Position numbers and translations under genes: made by a program. A DNA stretch of 64,000 nt from the NCBI GenBank assembly GCA_051294375.1, contig JBJCIZ010000744.1, positions 1,478,262-1,542,261 of the forward strand. Reading direction: 5' to 3'. Source of the stretch: Paraspadella gotoi. Taxonomy: Eukaryota > Animalia > Chaetognatha. This document shows positions 28,001 to 39,200 of the stretch, in pieces (the first letter of the stretch is position 1; the number at the start of each line of letters is the position of its first letter). The notes under the pieces are model-generated. The model was given only the letters and a program-made list of their open reading frames with translations. It made no database searches and was not told the DNA's origin.

Positions 28001-30834
28001 TCACCCGACGTCACACGAAGCGCTCGCCCCAAATCGAAGAGAAATAAAAAGAAAAAAAATGAGAAAAAGTTGGAGACGGGTTCCGCGAAGCCGAACCGGA
28101 TCGCCGACGCTTCTGCGACTCTTAACGGGGTCGCCGACGCTTCGGAGGTCTTCTGTTCCATCTGCATGGAAAGTTCGCGAGAATCCGCCTTGATTCCTTG
28201 CGGACACTTGTATTGTCAAACGTGCGCGAATCGGATGCGCATCTGCGCGATGTGTCGGGGAAAGGTGACGGGGACTTTGAGGATATTCCTCTGAATCTCG
28301 ATCCAACCGTTCATCAGCGGCCATTGGTGCCGGAGGCAAGTCATTCGCCTCCCAACCCAAAAGGTCCGGGGTTCTGGCCCGGTGGTCGCCTCGCAGTTAA
28401 GAGGGACGGGGCGCTTAACCCGCCTGTAACACGGTGTTACAGCCTGATCCGAAGCTCAGGGACTGCTTACATTGAACGGTTCTGTTAGTTCTATCGTTTG
28501 TGCGCTGGTTTTCATGTCCCATTTTATTTTTGTAGTTAATTTACAATTATACATATATTGTTTCTCCGGTCTTTGGTTGAAAGTTTTTAGGAGGTGATAG
28601 CTCATTTACTTACACATTTACACATTTAAATTTACACATTTACACTCTTACACATTTACCTACACATTTACTGACATTTACTTTGGGTAATGTTAAACGA
28701 ATGCTTTGACGATGACCGTTATGTTTTTAAATTTGTCTATTTTTTTAAGTTTGATATTTTTTTTGTAACGACGGAACTCAGAGATTCTATAAACTTCACA
28801 AAACTTTGATCGGGCTTTCGTTGACTTCGACAATCATCGAGAAACATATATATTAATGCAATCTCTCTAAAAGGGACGATGATTGCAATGATTCCTTCGG
28901 TGTTATTGTCGATGGTGATTCCCTTCTATTCGATGGTAGTTGCCTTTTGCGTCCTAATGTACTCGACAAATCGCATCGCATTCCCCTTATTCTTTGGATT
29001 CTCACTCCTCCGATTCCTGCTCCTCTCGTCCGATCTTTCTTATTTTTACCTTCTGGAGTCGATTCTCTTCGTCCTCGTCTTCTCTTATTATTATTTAGCG
29101 CGCAAACCCGATCTTCCCCCGATTCACTATCTCGGTCGCCTCCTTCTCAATGTCAGTTGACGTTGGAAAGCGTGGCCCCTGGTTTCCTTTTCGAAGCCTT
29201 CCTCCGAATCGAGGGAGTGCACCACAACGGTTCTTCTCCACATCTCATCGACGGGGACCCACTTTTCCGACGCCATCTCATCGACGCGTCTCGACGCGAG
29301 ATTCTCCATACTTCCGATTCGGACTTGAATCGGCGAAAACCGTTGGGGAGATTCTTTGATGCACGTCGCCGCCGCCAACGGGAACTCCGACCCTCTCGAC
29401 TTTCTCTCCAAAGATCTTCGATTGAACGATCGAAACTTGGCGGATGAAGACGCCTCTCATGAGCGCCGTCCATCCGCGCCCTTCCTCTTTTATTTCCGAA
29501 AGCGGCGACGGTTAATTTCTCGGAAGACTCCGTCGTAAAGGACGCCCGCCTGGACCCCGTCGATAAGTCCGCCTTCAACTTCCTTCACGTTTTCGTCGAT
29601 CGCTTTTCCGAGAAATGCGAAGATGACGAGAAGGAAGCTTTAGATTTTAATCTCCTTCGCTTTAGATTCTAATTTCCATTTCGTGGATTGAAATCGGATT
29701 CTCGTAGATTTAAATCGGATTCTCGTGAATTGAAATCGAGGCATCTCCCGACAGCTGGCGTTCAGGCCTTGAGTCAGGGCTTTGGACCATCAGCGACCAC
29801 CCCATGTCGGTGGCGTGTTTATAAAAGTACCATCACACTTTAAGTTTAACGAGCTTGATCGTGAGGGGATTGAACCCGGAACTCACGCTTGGGAGGCGCA
29901 TTGAGGATGCGCCACAATTCGCTCTCTCTTATTCTTTCATAAAACTATCATTATCAAGATTATGATTATAACTATGATTATCCAATCAAACACTATGATT
30001 TTTAACTCATTCAGTTACATAGTATTTGTTATAAAATCTTCTTTTATGCCAAATCATGGCAACGCAACGAATTATTTTTGTTTGCGTTATTGTGCTAATG
30101 AGCATAAAGCGTTCGTTTATTATTATTACTCGAGATGGCTTAGTTTTTGCCTTTTTGAGTAAAAATATTTGTAAAATGATTTCTACTCGACTTACAACAT
30201 TGAACAACAGTTGAATTTTTATTTTAATTAAAATTGTTAATTATTTTCTATATTTTACATTATTAAAAAGAAGTTTAACCTATAATAAGGAATATAAACT
30301 AATTAAAAGATCTCTTCAATACGAAAATGCTCATCCCCATCTCATTTTCCTGACCGAATAAAAGATTCGTCCCCACAAACACCTCGTCGCCTCCTCGTTA
30401 TCAATAAGACGGACCTCCTCCCATCTTCAGACCACCCATCCCCCGACCTCCCACCCGACCTCGCGACCCGTTGGCCGCCCACGGCGATCAACGTCTCCTG
30501 CATCACCGGCTTCCGGGCCGTCGCCCGCCTCGAGTCTCTCCTCGCCGCAGCCGTCGCCGATCTCTGCGGCGTCGGAAGCGGCGAAGGCGGCGTCCCCAAC
30601 GCCTTGAAAGTCGTTGCGACGCGAGCCCGTCACCGGGAGCACGTCCGCGCCTGCGTCGCGGCGCTGGAGGATTGCTTGCGGCGCCGGGAGGAAGAGGAGG
30701 AGGCGTTGGTGGACGCGTCGATGGTCGCCGACGATCTCGGCGTCGCCGTCGCTCATTTGGGGAGAATCACCGGCGTCGTGAGGACGGACGACATTCTCGA
30801 CATCGTCTTCAAGGAATTTTGCGTCGGGAAGTAA
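19052..30834 (+). CDS. GTPBP3: Mitochondrial tRNA modification GTPase GTPBP3/MnmE; exons approx. 19052-19200, 19842-19981, 20331-20507, 23746-24020, 24381-24555, 25730-25880, 30366-30834 (first exon not located)
   Basis: [22 protein letters not shown]; [17 protein letters not shown]|VHGG; [31 protein letters not shown]; [10 protein letters not shown]; G1 GKPNA|GKSSLLN; GTTRDVIE; G3 DTAGLRE; G4 NKTD; C-terminal LGRITG...[18 protein letters not shown] junctions are in phase. Confidence 0.95.
20957..23517 (-). mobile_element. Internally deleted DIRS-like (tyrosine-recombinase class) retroelement in a GTPBP3 intron
   Basis: About 170-bp inverted terminal repeats at 20978-21150 and 23360-23517. 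Internal segment 22506-22597 is complementary to both termini joined together. Frameshifted gag-like and RT-start-like minus-strand coding at 22450-21200. Confidence 0.7.
26405..28294 (+). CDS. Nested membrane-anchored ankyrin-repeat RING (C3HC4) protein; exons 26405-26790 and 27215-28294
   Basis: Hydrophobic N-terminus, ankyrin repeats ([36 protein letters not shown]; [16 protein letters not shown]; DRWGRTP), Pro/Ser linker and a terminal RING ([35 protein letters not shown]). The splice AG|gt...cag|C is in phase. Confidence 0.85.
28879..29660 (+). pseudogene. Degenerate multi-TM plus ankyrin gene, related in architecture to the upstream ANK-RING gene
   Basis: Hydrophobic ORF 28879-29160 continues through frameshifts into ankyrin-like [19 protein letters not shown]...LNDRN and [15 protein letters not shown]. 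Confidence 0.55.
29745..29915 (-). mobile_element. tRNA-derived SINE-like fragment
   Basis: The minus strand reads gcgcctcccaagcgtgagttccGGGTTCAATCCCctcacg, a Pol III B-box within a T-arm-like stem, followed by a non-tRNA body. Confidence 0.45.
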
Positions 30835-31048
30835 AGACGCTTGAAGGAGGTTGTTGTTGTTGTCATTCTCAATGCGGATCTTCGTAAAGGATTTGAGTGT
30901 TTTGACTGATTTGAAAAGTTTAACGTTGTTTAAACGAATCTTAATTCATTTATTTTACGATCGTATTGGTTTTTTAACATCCCCTTTTTTGTTTAAATTC
31001 ATGTTTTTTTTTGGTTTTAAACTCAAGATTTTAATTAATGCAAACGCG

Positions 31049-31817
31049 ATGGAGAGACTGATCGCTCCCGACGGACACGAATCTCTTCAAAGACTCAAAA
31101 GGAAATTCCGCTGCGATTCCTGCCAAGTGGAGGACGACTTCCCTCGCGATTCCTGCGCTCGAATCTCCGTCGATCCAGTCACGTGTCCCCTTAACCTCGA
31201 TAGAATTCTCGATCCGCATCTTCCCAATTATTTCGACGGCAAAATTCGTTTTCGATGCTTCGTCGAAGGATGTCTTTTATAGTTGCTGCGGAGATTGCTA
31301 CGTCGAAAGGCAATGGGTTGCTGTGGAGACCAACGGTCGCTGCCCTTGCGTTTCGATTACGAAGGAAGGTTCCGCTGCCAATTGGTTTTTCTTCGTTTTT
31401 GTCGTCGTCGCTTGAATCCAAATCTGGTTGAGCAGCAGCAATACGATAAGGAGTTGAAGGCGGCCGTGCTGGAGTACAAGGCGCAAAAGAGGAGGCAAGA
31501 GGAGAGAGCGAGGAAGGATGAGGAGAAGATAGAGTATTTGTTGGGGAAGAGGAAGAGGAGGAGGAGGAGATTTCGAAATTCGGCCAATCATCGAGAGGCA
31601 CGACAAGTCGGTGCGGTACGAGACGCTCCAAGACTATCGTAACCAAGACGTCGTTTCAGACGTCGGCAAGGACGATCTTGAGGTCGGCAACGACGATCTT
31701 GAGGTCGGCAAGGACGATCTTGAGGTCGGCAACGACCATCTTGAGGTCGGCAACGACCATCTTGAGGTCGGCAATGGCGAAGATTGGGATGGAAATTATC
31801 AGTGCCAAACTCGGTGA
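31049..31817 (+). CDS. Hypothetical Cys-rich (RING-like) and coiled-coil protein, frameshifted
   Basis: MERLIAPDG...CDSC...CFVEGCL/YSCCGDCY...GRCPC, then a charged helix (EQQQYDKELKAAVLEYKAQKRRQEERARKDEEK) across frames; codon style resembles the host exons. Confidence 0.35.
31661..31775 (+). repeat. 21-bp minisatellite (x5), in frame as (V)G(K/N)D(D/H)LE
   Basis: gtcggcaa(g/c)gac(g/c)atcttgag repeated. Confidence 0.9.
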
Positions 31818-32454
31818 TCTTTTTTGTGGATTGTTGACAAATGCCCGGATGTGACCGATGTTGTCATCGCCAACAGGATCGGTAAGTGGGCTGTTAAACG
31901 CGCAATTGCTCGGTCAGAGACATCGGCCCGGTCATTGGGCAGTTCCATTTATGTCGAGCCAATCGTCTACTTGCTGGGAAAATGTAAAAATAAATAATGA
32001 GGTTTCAACAGTAGTGAGCCATGTTTATTAATGAAAAATCTTTGATTTGAGTTGCAACAGTAGTGAGCCAAGCTTATTAATAAAAAATTTTGATTAGGTT
32101 GCACAAGTGATTAGGTTAATTTTGTTTTGAAAGGTTTTTTTTTCGAAGCTAAAATGTTCTGTCTTTTCTCATCGAAATCGTCTTTTCCTGCGGGAAAAAT
32201 AAAAACAAATTTTGTTTTAAAAAATCTTTGCATCATCAAATTTAGCTTTTTTGATTTTGGTTTTTCCACATATTCACTCCATTTCATTCTCTCTTCGAAT
32301 CATTTTATTCTTTTCTCTTAATATACATCTTCATTAACTCCATATCAATCTCTCTTCACATTCATATCATTCTCTCTTCACATTCATTTATTCTCTCTTC
32401 ACATCTTCTTTTATTCTCTCTTCACCCCCATATTCATTTGCATCATCTTCTTCA

Positions 32455-33316
32455 CCTCTTCGAAGTCCAAACGACACGAAACTCTGGCTCCTCTTCCTTC
32501 TCTGCTTCGACGGCGACGTTCTCGACGGCGACAGTCTGCATTTCGCCATTTCCGAGAAATCATTTCCGGTCATTTTTGACAACCAAGGCCAACAACACTC
32601 TACCTCTTTCTCTCAACACTAACTTGATCTCGAACATTTTCCGAATCCGCCTCCACGTTGATGGGCGTCTCCTGCTGAAGAGGCTGCGGCTGTGCTGTCT
32701 CCTCCGCCGCCGGCTCCGGCGCCGGCTCCGGCTCCAAGACAGGCTGCGCCGGCTGGTTGACATCCTCGACGGGAGCACGTGAACGCCGTCGCGGTCTGAT
32801 CATCCCCTGCTGATCCTCCGCGTTCCAGTAGCTAACGACACAAACTTCCTTTACATTCCTTTTCCTTTAACTCTCTTTAACTTCCCCTAACTTTTCTAAA
32901 ACTTCTTTTAACTTTCTTTAATTTCCACTAACTTGATATTCCTTTCACGTCAACTCGAGTTCCTTTCCATCCCAGACTCACCTGGCCACTGATCTCGACT
33001 TGGCGCTTAAAAACGGCGGCGGCGGCGGGAGATTAGGCCACTGCCGATTGGGGTCCGCCGAATTTGGATATTGCCGATTGGGGTCCGCCGAATTGGGATA
33101 TTGCCGATTGGGTTTCGCCGAATTGGTCCACTGCCTACTCGGTTCCGGCCCTTGCATGTTCGAGTTCAAGTTGTGTTTCTCTATTCCCCGATTCTGCGTT
33201 AAACCAATATCCAGTTTTATGTAATTAAATTTAATTTGATTTAATATTGTATTCTTTATTTCTCTTTATCTATCTATCTATCTAGTTTTCTATCTACCCA
33301 TCTTCCTCTATAATTA

Positions 33317-33358
<42 letters not shown>

Positions 33359-33538
33359 ACACTCGCCTCGACGTCGGGCAGTTGAGGAACCTCGTTGATG
33401 GTCACATTGTTGTTGTTTTCCTCGTCTAAGCATTTGTTCATGGCGGTGATGGGTCGTTCCAAGGGGAAACAAGGCAGCGGCGGGATTATGGGCCCGCATT
33501 CGATCGGGATGGGCTCGGGCGGCTCCGGAAGCTCATAA
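32455..33538 (-). CDS. Exons of an unassigned Pro/Glu-rich spliced gene
   Basis: GC-rich minus-strand blocks (ELPEPPEPIPIECG...; ...NSADPNRQYP...RSVAR|gtgagt; YWNAEDQQGMIRP...ENVRDQ|gttagt) separated by AT-rich introns with GT donors. Confidence 0.4.
33035..33135 (-). repeat. 30-bp coding tandem repeat (x3), NSADPNRQYP
   Basis: ttgccgattggggtccgccgaatt(t/g)ggata repeated. Confidence 0.85.
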
Positions 33539-33554
33539 GNNNNNNNNNNGACCA

Positions 33555-34322
33555 ATGTGGTGAACAACCACCACGTGCGTCTGCGCCTCACTAGTTTGTT
33601 CAAAGGATAAAAATGTTTTCCAAGAACAAAATCGTTTATTTGTTCATTTATAAAATCAACTTAATAAAATAATGAAAGCATATAGATGTTCCATAGAATT
33701 CCATAGAGTATCTATATGCACAAACAAGCAAAAGGAAATAATACTCCTAATTTTTTTATTCACTTTTTCTTATTCTCTTCTTTTATTTTTTGGTTTTCTT
33801 TTGTTCTCTCTTCCTCTTTGGTCGAGAATCTATGAAAAAATTACATATTTATTTTTTTAATTATTCTTTTTAATATATTGAAATAAAATCTGAGCTGAAC
33901 AAAATTTTTTTCTATCTGAAAAAAACTGTAATTATAAGTTAAATTAAAATATAAATTAAACTTTTTTAATTCTATAAAACTAAAAATTTTATTTCTTATA
34001 TTTTTTTTGTTTTTCTTTAAATTTAATCTACTTTTTTTTAAAATCCATAAGGTTTATCATGTTACAAACAAGTTTAAACCAAAATGATTGATCTGTTTTA
34101 TTGGAAATATTGCATAATATTATGCTTATACATGTGGTGAACTACCACCACGTGCGTCTGCGCCTCACTAGTTCGTTCAAAGGATAAAAATGTTTTCCAA
34201 GAACAAAATCATTTATTTGGTCATTTATAAAATCAACTTAATAAAATAATCAAAGCATATAGATATTCCATAGAATTCCATAGATTATCTATATGCACAA
34301 ACAAGAAAAAGGAAATAATACT
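33555..34322 (+). repeat. About 195-bp direct repeat (33555-33745 and 34132-34322)
   Basis: atgtggtgaac(a/t)accaccacgtgcgtctgcgcctcactagt...aaggaaataatact occurs twice. Confidence 0.8.
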
Positions 34323-36279
34323 AACAATCAATAAGGAATACATAAAATCAATGAAGCTTAACAATTAGAATAAGTATTCAAACTGTAGTAATGGACAGTA
34401 AGTGTTTATAACAAATCCTTTACCAGAAGAACTAAGAACTAAATAATATAACAGAAATGAGAACTATTAGAATACTACTAGTGTACCCTAGTAAAATATA
34501 AGGTTATAATGTTCTCTTGTTCAACATAATCAATATAACATGCTATAATAATTAATGAAAATGAAATATCTATATTTAATTACAGTGATGATGTTAAACT
34601 CTACTTCACTGTTTGTGGATGATCTGTCCCGGGCTCGATTCCGGGAGATGGCTCTTTTATTTTGATTCAATAAATTGTTTATTGTTAATTTGTATATTAG
34701 TTTAATGATAAGTTTGTTTATAATATCATTTGGCGATTTGCCCAATTCCGTCAGCTTCAAAAGCGAAGAAACTGGGATCATAATCCCACATATATACTTA
34801 TATCTCTAACACACTCTCTCTCTCTCTCTCTATCTTCTTTCTATTTTTCACCTCTTGCACTGAACAAAAAAAAATATATAAAATAAATAAATCAAAATTA
34901 TTAATAAACAAGTTTGAGCAAACAATGCCGGATCTGCCCACGATCATTAGCGGTAATTAATTAATTAATTAGTTGAAAAAAAATATTTAATTAATTATAT
35001 ATTGATTAATTAAAAGAATAACATCGAACATTTGGGAGCTCAAATGATTTGAACAAAGACGACAACGACGACGAATACAATGACAAAAACGACGACGAAA
35101 TCTTTGTACTTTGTGACCCGTAGTACAGTAGTGGTCAATAAGAATGACCTGTTCTTACCCGACCTTGTTATGGCTGACCTTTTTCTCAGTCAATGTAAAT
35201 ATTAGTTGTTGTTGTTATTATTTTAATCATTTTTTCTTTTTACTGTTTTTGATAATACGCCTCAAATTTTTCTATAAATTCTTGTTTTGAGTCACCGCAA
35301 ACATTATAAAAAAATTTTGATTAATTAATTAAATAATTAATGATAGCGACCACGACAATGATAATACCGACGATGACAAATTGATTGATTGCTTAATTTT
35401 TTTATTGATTGATTGAATATTTGATTAATTGATTGAATAATTAATTAACTGATCAATTCTGGCATTGTTAGCTCAAAACTTGTTTGTTTTTTTATCTTTT
35501 CATTATGACCAAATAAATGACGACCATGATGATGATGATGATGACAACAAGGATAACACCGTCATGATTAATTGAATGATTGATTGATCAATTAAATGAA
35601 ATTCATATCAGGCCTGTTAGTTTTTAGGTCTTTTTGTCAGGTCACTGACAAAAAGACAACAATGACGTTGGAGATGACGATAATGATAACACTGACATTG
35701 TTTAATTGATTAATTGATTGATTAATTAATTGGTTTTTTTAACATTTATTGATAAATAAATTTATTAATTAGATGATTGATAAATTAATTGAATAATTAA
35801 TTGATTGATTGATAAAAAAATTTATTCATTAATTTTTTGATTGATTATTTATTTGATTGATTGAATAATTAATTGATTAATTGAATAATTAATGCAGCTT
35901 GTATTTATACTTAATAAAAAAGAAAAAAGCAAATAGGGAAACAGGTTTTTTATTTTTTTCATTTAAACTCATTTCCACTCGAACGATTCTTACAATCTTA
36001 CAAATCTTACAATTTTTCTTAGTAAAAATTTTACTTGTTATTTGTTAACAAAAAAGATTGTTTAAAATTATTCTACCAATGAATTACATGTCTAAAGAGA
36101 ATATTTTTATAAATAATAACAAATATAAATTTTTTAAAGGAAGGAAGCGATGTGCACTCGAAACCGAACGCGATCCGGGCTAAAAAAGTAGGGATTGCAC
36201 CCGAAAACGGGAGCGGGAGGGGTCTTGGAAGCGCCGGATTGGCAGCGGCGAAAAATCGATCGCTTCCACATCTCTGGTT

Positions 36280-39200
36280 CAAATAATTCAGAAACATCGG
36301 AGAGTGTTTATTAAGAGAGACATATCCATGAATTACAGTAAGTGTTCTCATTTCGTACGGGCCATATAGAATCGTTTTCTTGAAAATCCTTAAGAACATA
36401 TTTAACTCTCCTTTTTGGTGTCTGTCTTTTTATCATAAATTTCAGATTCTCCGAATATTCTGACGGCGGCAACTTTACCCACATACAAAATGTCAAGTCA
36501 ATCGTCCCGTCCACTCATGAGTAATTGACTTTCATATAGTGAAATAGATTTTTTTGTTTTTTCCATTTAAACTCATTTCCATTCGCACGATTTCATCGAA
36601 ACTTCATATCCAGCTCAATCACACACTTCCCTACCCACACACAAAATTTCATTCCAATCCATCCAATCACGAGTAATTGGAGTTTTTTGCTAAGGTGGGA
36701 CGGACGGACAGACATCGTTTTTTTTGTTTTTTTTGCATAATTTATCACAATTCGATATTCCGACAATGATAAGTGAATTCCCGACAAGATTGAGGGGGGC
36801 CGGACCGACGGACCGACAAAGTGAATTATAGAGTCGGGGGATCTGCCGACAGAGCAACATCCCTTTAAAAATATACCCACCAAAGAACTTGATCGTCGGC
36901 AGCGTCGGCGGCGGCGGCGGCACCTTGTCCGGATCGGCGCAGAATCCCGGCGGTAGCGCGGGAAAGGTCGGCGGCGGGGGAGGCGGCCTGGAGAGGACGG
37001 CGCGGGCCGCTCGAACCGTCGCTTGATACTGAGGATGCGACTCTGCGTTGTTCGTCCAATTCGCCCATTTCTCGCGCGACGGGATCGGCTGAGGTTTTGG
37101 GGGGGGGGTGGAAAGAGTTGGTGAGGGAGTTTCAGTTGTGAACCCGGTGGATCATCGAGTAAAGTCATCAGCTCCTGTCAATTCGCACCGGTATAGATCC
37201 CCTGTGAATGTCTAACATTTGGGAAGTGTGAGGACGACTGTTAGAACCCTCGGGGGACCTGGGAAACCCTGGAAAACCCTGGAGCCTGGTTCCAAACTTA
37301 GGANNNNNNNNNNNNNNNNNNNNNNNNNTACTCACGCCTATGCCCCTACTGTCTCTTGTTCGGTAATGCCTCCAGGACCTTCGCTTCGCTCGGCTTGGCC
37401 CGCCCTCGCCCTTTCTCACTTATGGCAATGAGATCAAAACCTTCTCCTCTCCCAGACATTCTCCTCACAGAGCACTTGAGGCCGCCCTGTGGGTATGAAG
37501 CTGGTTGGCGGGGAATCTCCTGTGGCAGCAAGACTTACGAACAAAGCCTGCTCGCCTGCTGTTCGTCCTCCAGCCTGATCGTCCTCAATGGCTGAGCAGG
37601 CTAAATCATCTCATCTCCGATCCGTGCGTCCCGGGCTTTTCAATCCCTGGGTATCTCGGTTCTGGATAATAAACTCGAATAGACTGGGGTGCCGGGTAGT
37701 AAATGCATGCAGGTGACAGGGAGGCGGTCACTGAGGGACGTCCGCAGCCCCTACACGCAGTTGGGTGAGACTTACCGGCCGCGCGCGCCGGCGTATCACG
37801 AGGCTATCCTGCCCGTTGCCATAAGTAGGCCGAGGTATGTTTCTGATCTAGGTGTTTAGTTTTTAAAAATTAAAGCATTGTTCAAATAATCAGAAACATC
37901 GGAGAGAGTTTATTAACCGTTAAGTTTATATACAGAGTTTGTACATCTTTCAACTGGCATAACGTGAGACATATCCATGAGATTACAGTAAGTGTTCTCA
38001 TTTTCGTACGGCCATTAGTATAGAATAGTCTTCTTGAAAATCCTTAAGAACATTATTTAACTCTCCTTTTTGGATTTTCTTCGGCTTATTTATCGATCTA
38101 AATAGGGTTCTCCGGAATAATTCTGCAACTGAGCGCAACATTATACCCACATACAGCCAAACACATTCCTACACACACAAATTCATCCTCTCCAATCACT
38201 GGAGTATTGGAGTTTTGCATAGGTAGGGGACTGGACAGACGGATCGTTTGATCGCGGTCGGTTTTGCCATAATGATCAATTACGATATCCGACAATGACT
38301 AATAAGTGAATGCCCGACACAAATTTGAGGGGGGCCGGACCGGACGACCGACAAAGTGAATTATAGAGTCGGGATCTGCCTCCGACAGAGCAACATCCCT
38401 TTGAAATATACCCACCAAAGACTATGATTCCGTCGGCAGCGTCTCGGCGCCAGGCCCGGCGCAACCTTGCCGTGCTATCGGCGCAGAGATCCGGCAGCGG
38501 ATCTCTCCGCGGAAAGGTTCGGCGGCGTGCGGAGGCGGCTTGGAAGGCCTACGCGCGGACCGCTCGAACCGGTCGCTTTGATACTGAGGATGGACTCTGC
38601 GTTGTCGTCAATTCGCCATTTTCTCCGCGACGCGCGGATCGGCTGGATTTGTGGGGGTGGTGGGAAGAGTTGGGAGGCAGTTTCAGTTGTGAACCCGCTG
38701 TGGCTATTCAGTCGAGCTTAAAGTCTCTCGAGCTGCCTTGTCATTCGCACCGGTATTAGGATCCTCCTGTGCAATGGTCTAACGATTTGGGAACATGTGT
38801 GAGCGTCACGCTGTTAGGTAACTCGGGACCTGGAAACCCTGGAAAACCCTGGAGCCTGGTTCCAAACTTAGGACCCGTTTCATTACTGTCGTGGGGGCAC
38901 AGAAGATACGTGTGGTTTTAAGCCCACCTAAAGCCCACCCAAATTACACTTTAATTGACAACCTCGTCTCACCCGCATCATTTCCCTTCTCAGACCCTGC
39001 TCCTCCTCCTCTTCTTCCTCATCCTCCTCATCTTCATCGTCATCCTCTTCGTCGACCATGTACTTCCGGTGATCCTCGTAGTCCTTCCAGACGAAAGGCG
39101 TCGTCGAGAGCAGCGCTGCCGCTCCGCCGCCGGGACTTTGGCGGAGCCGTCCCGTCCAAGTCTGTTCGGTTCCGAGATAAACAGGGGGTTCCGAGTTTTA

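Noticed and set aside
29745-29915. Functional tRNA gene
   Set aside because: Only a B-box/T-arm is recognisable; there is no complete cloverleaf.
19052-30834. Bacterial mnmE/trmE from contamination or HGT
   Set aside because: The gene is split by spliceosomal introns and flanked by eukaryotic genes, so it is the nuclear GTPBP3.
31661-31775. Short repeat array as CRISPR
   Set aside because: Head-to-tail 21-bp minisatellite with no spacers.
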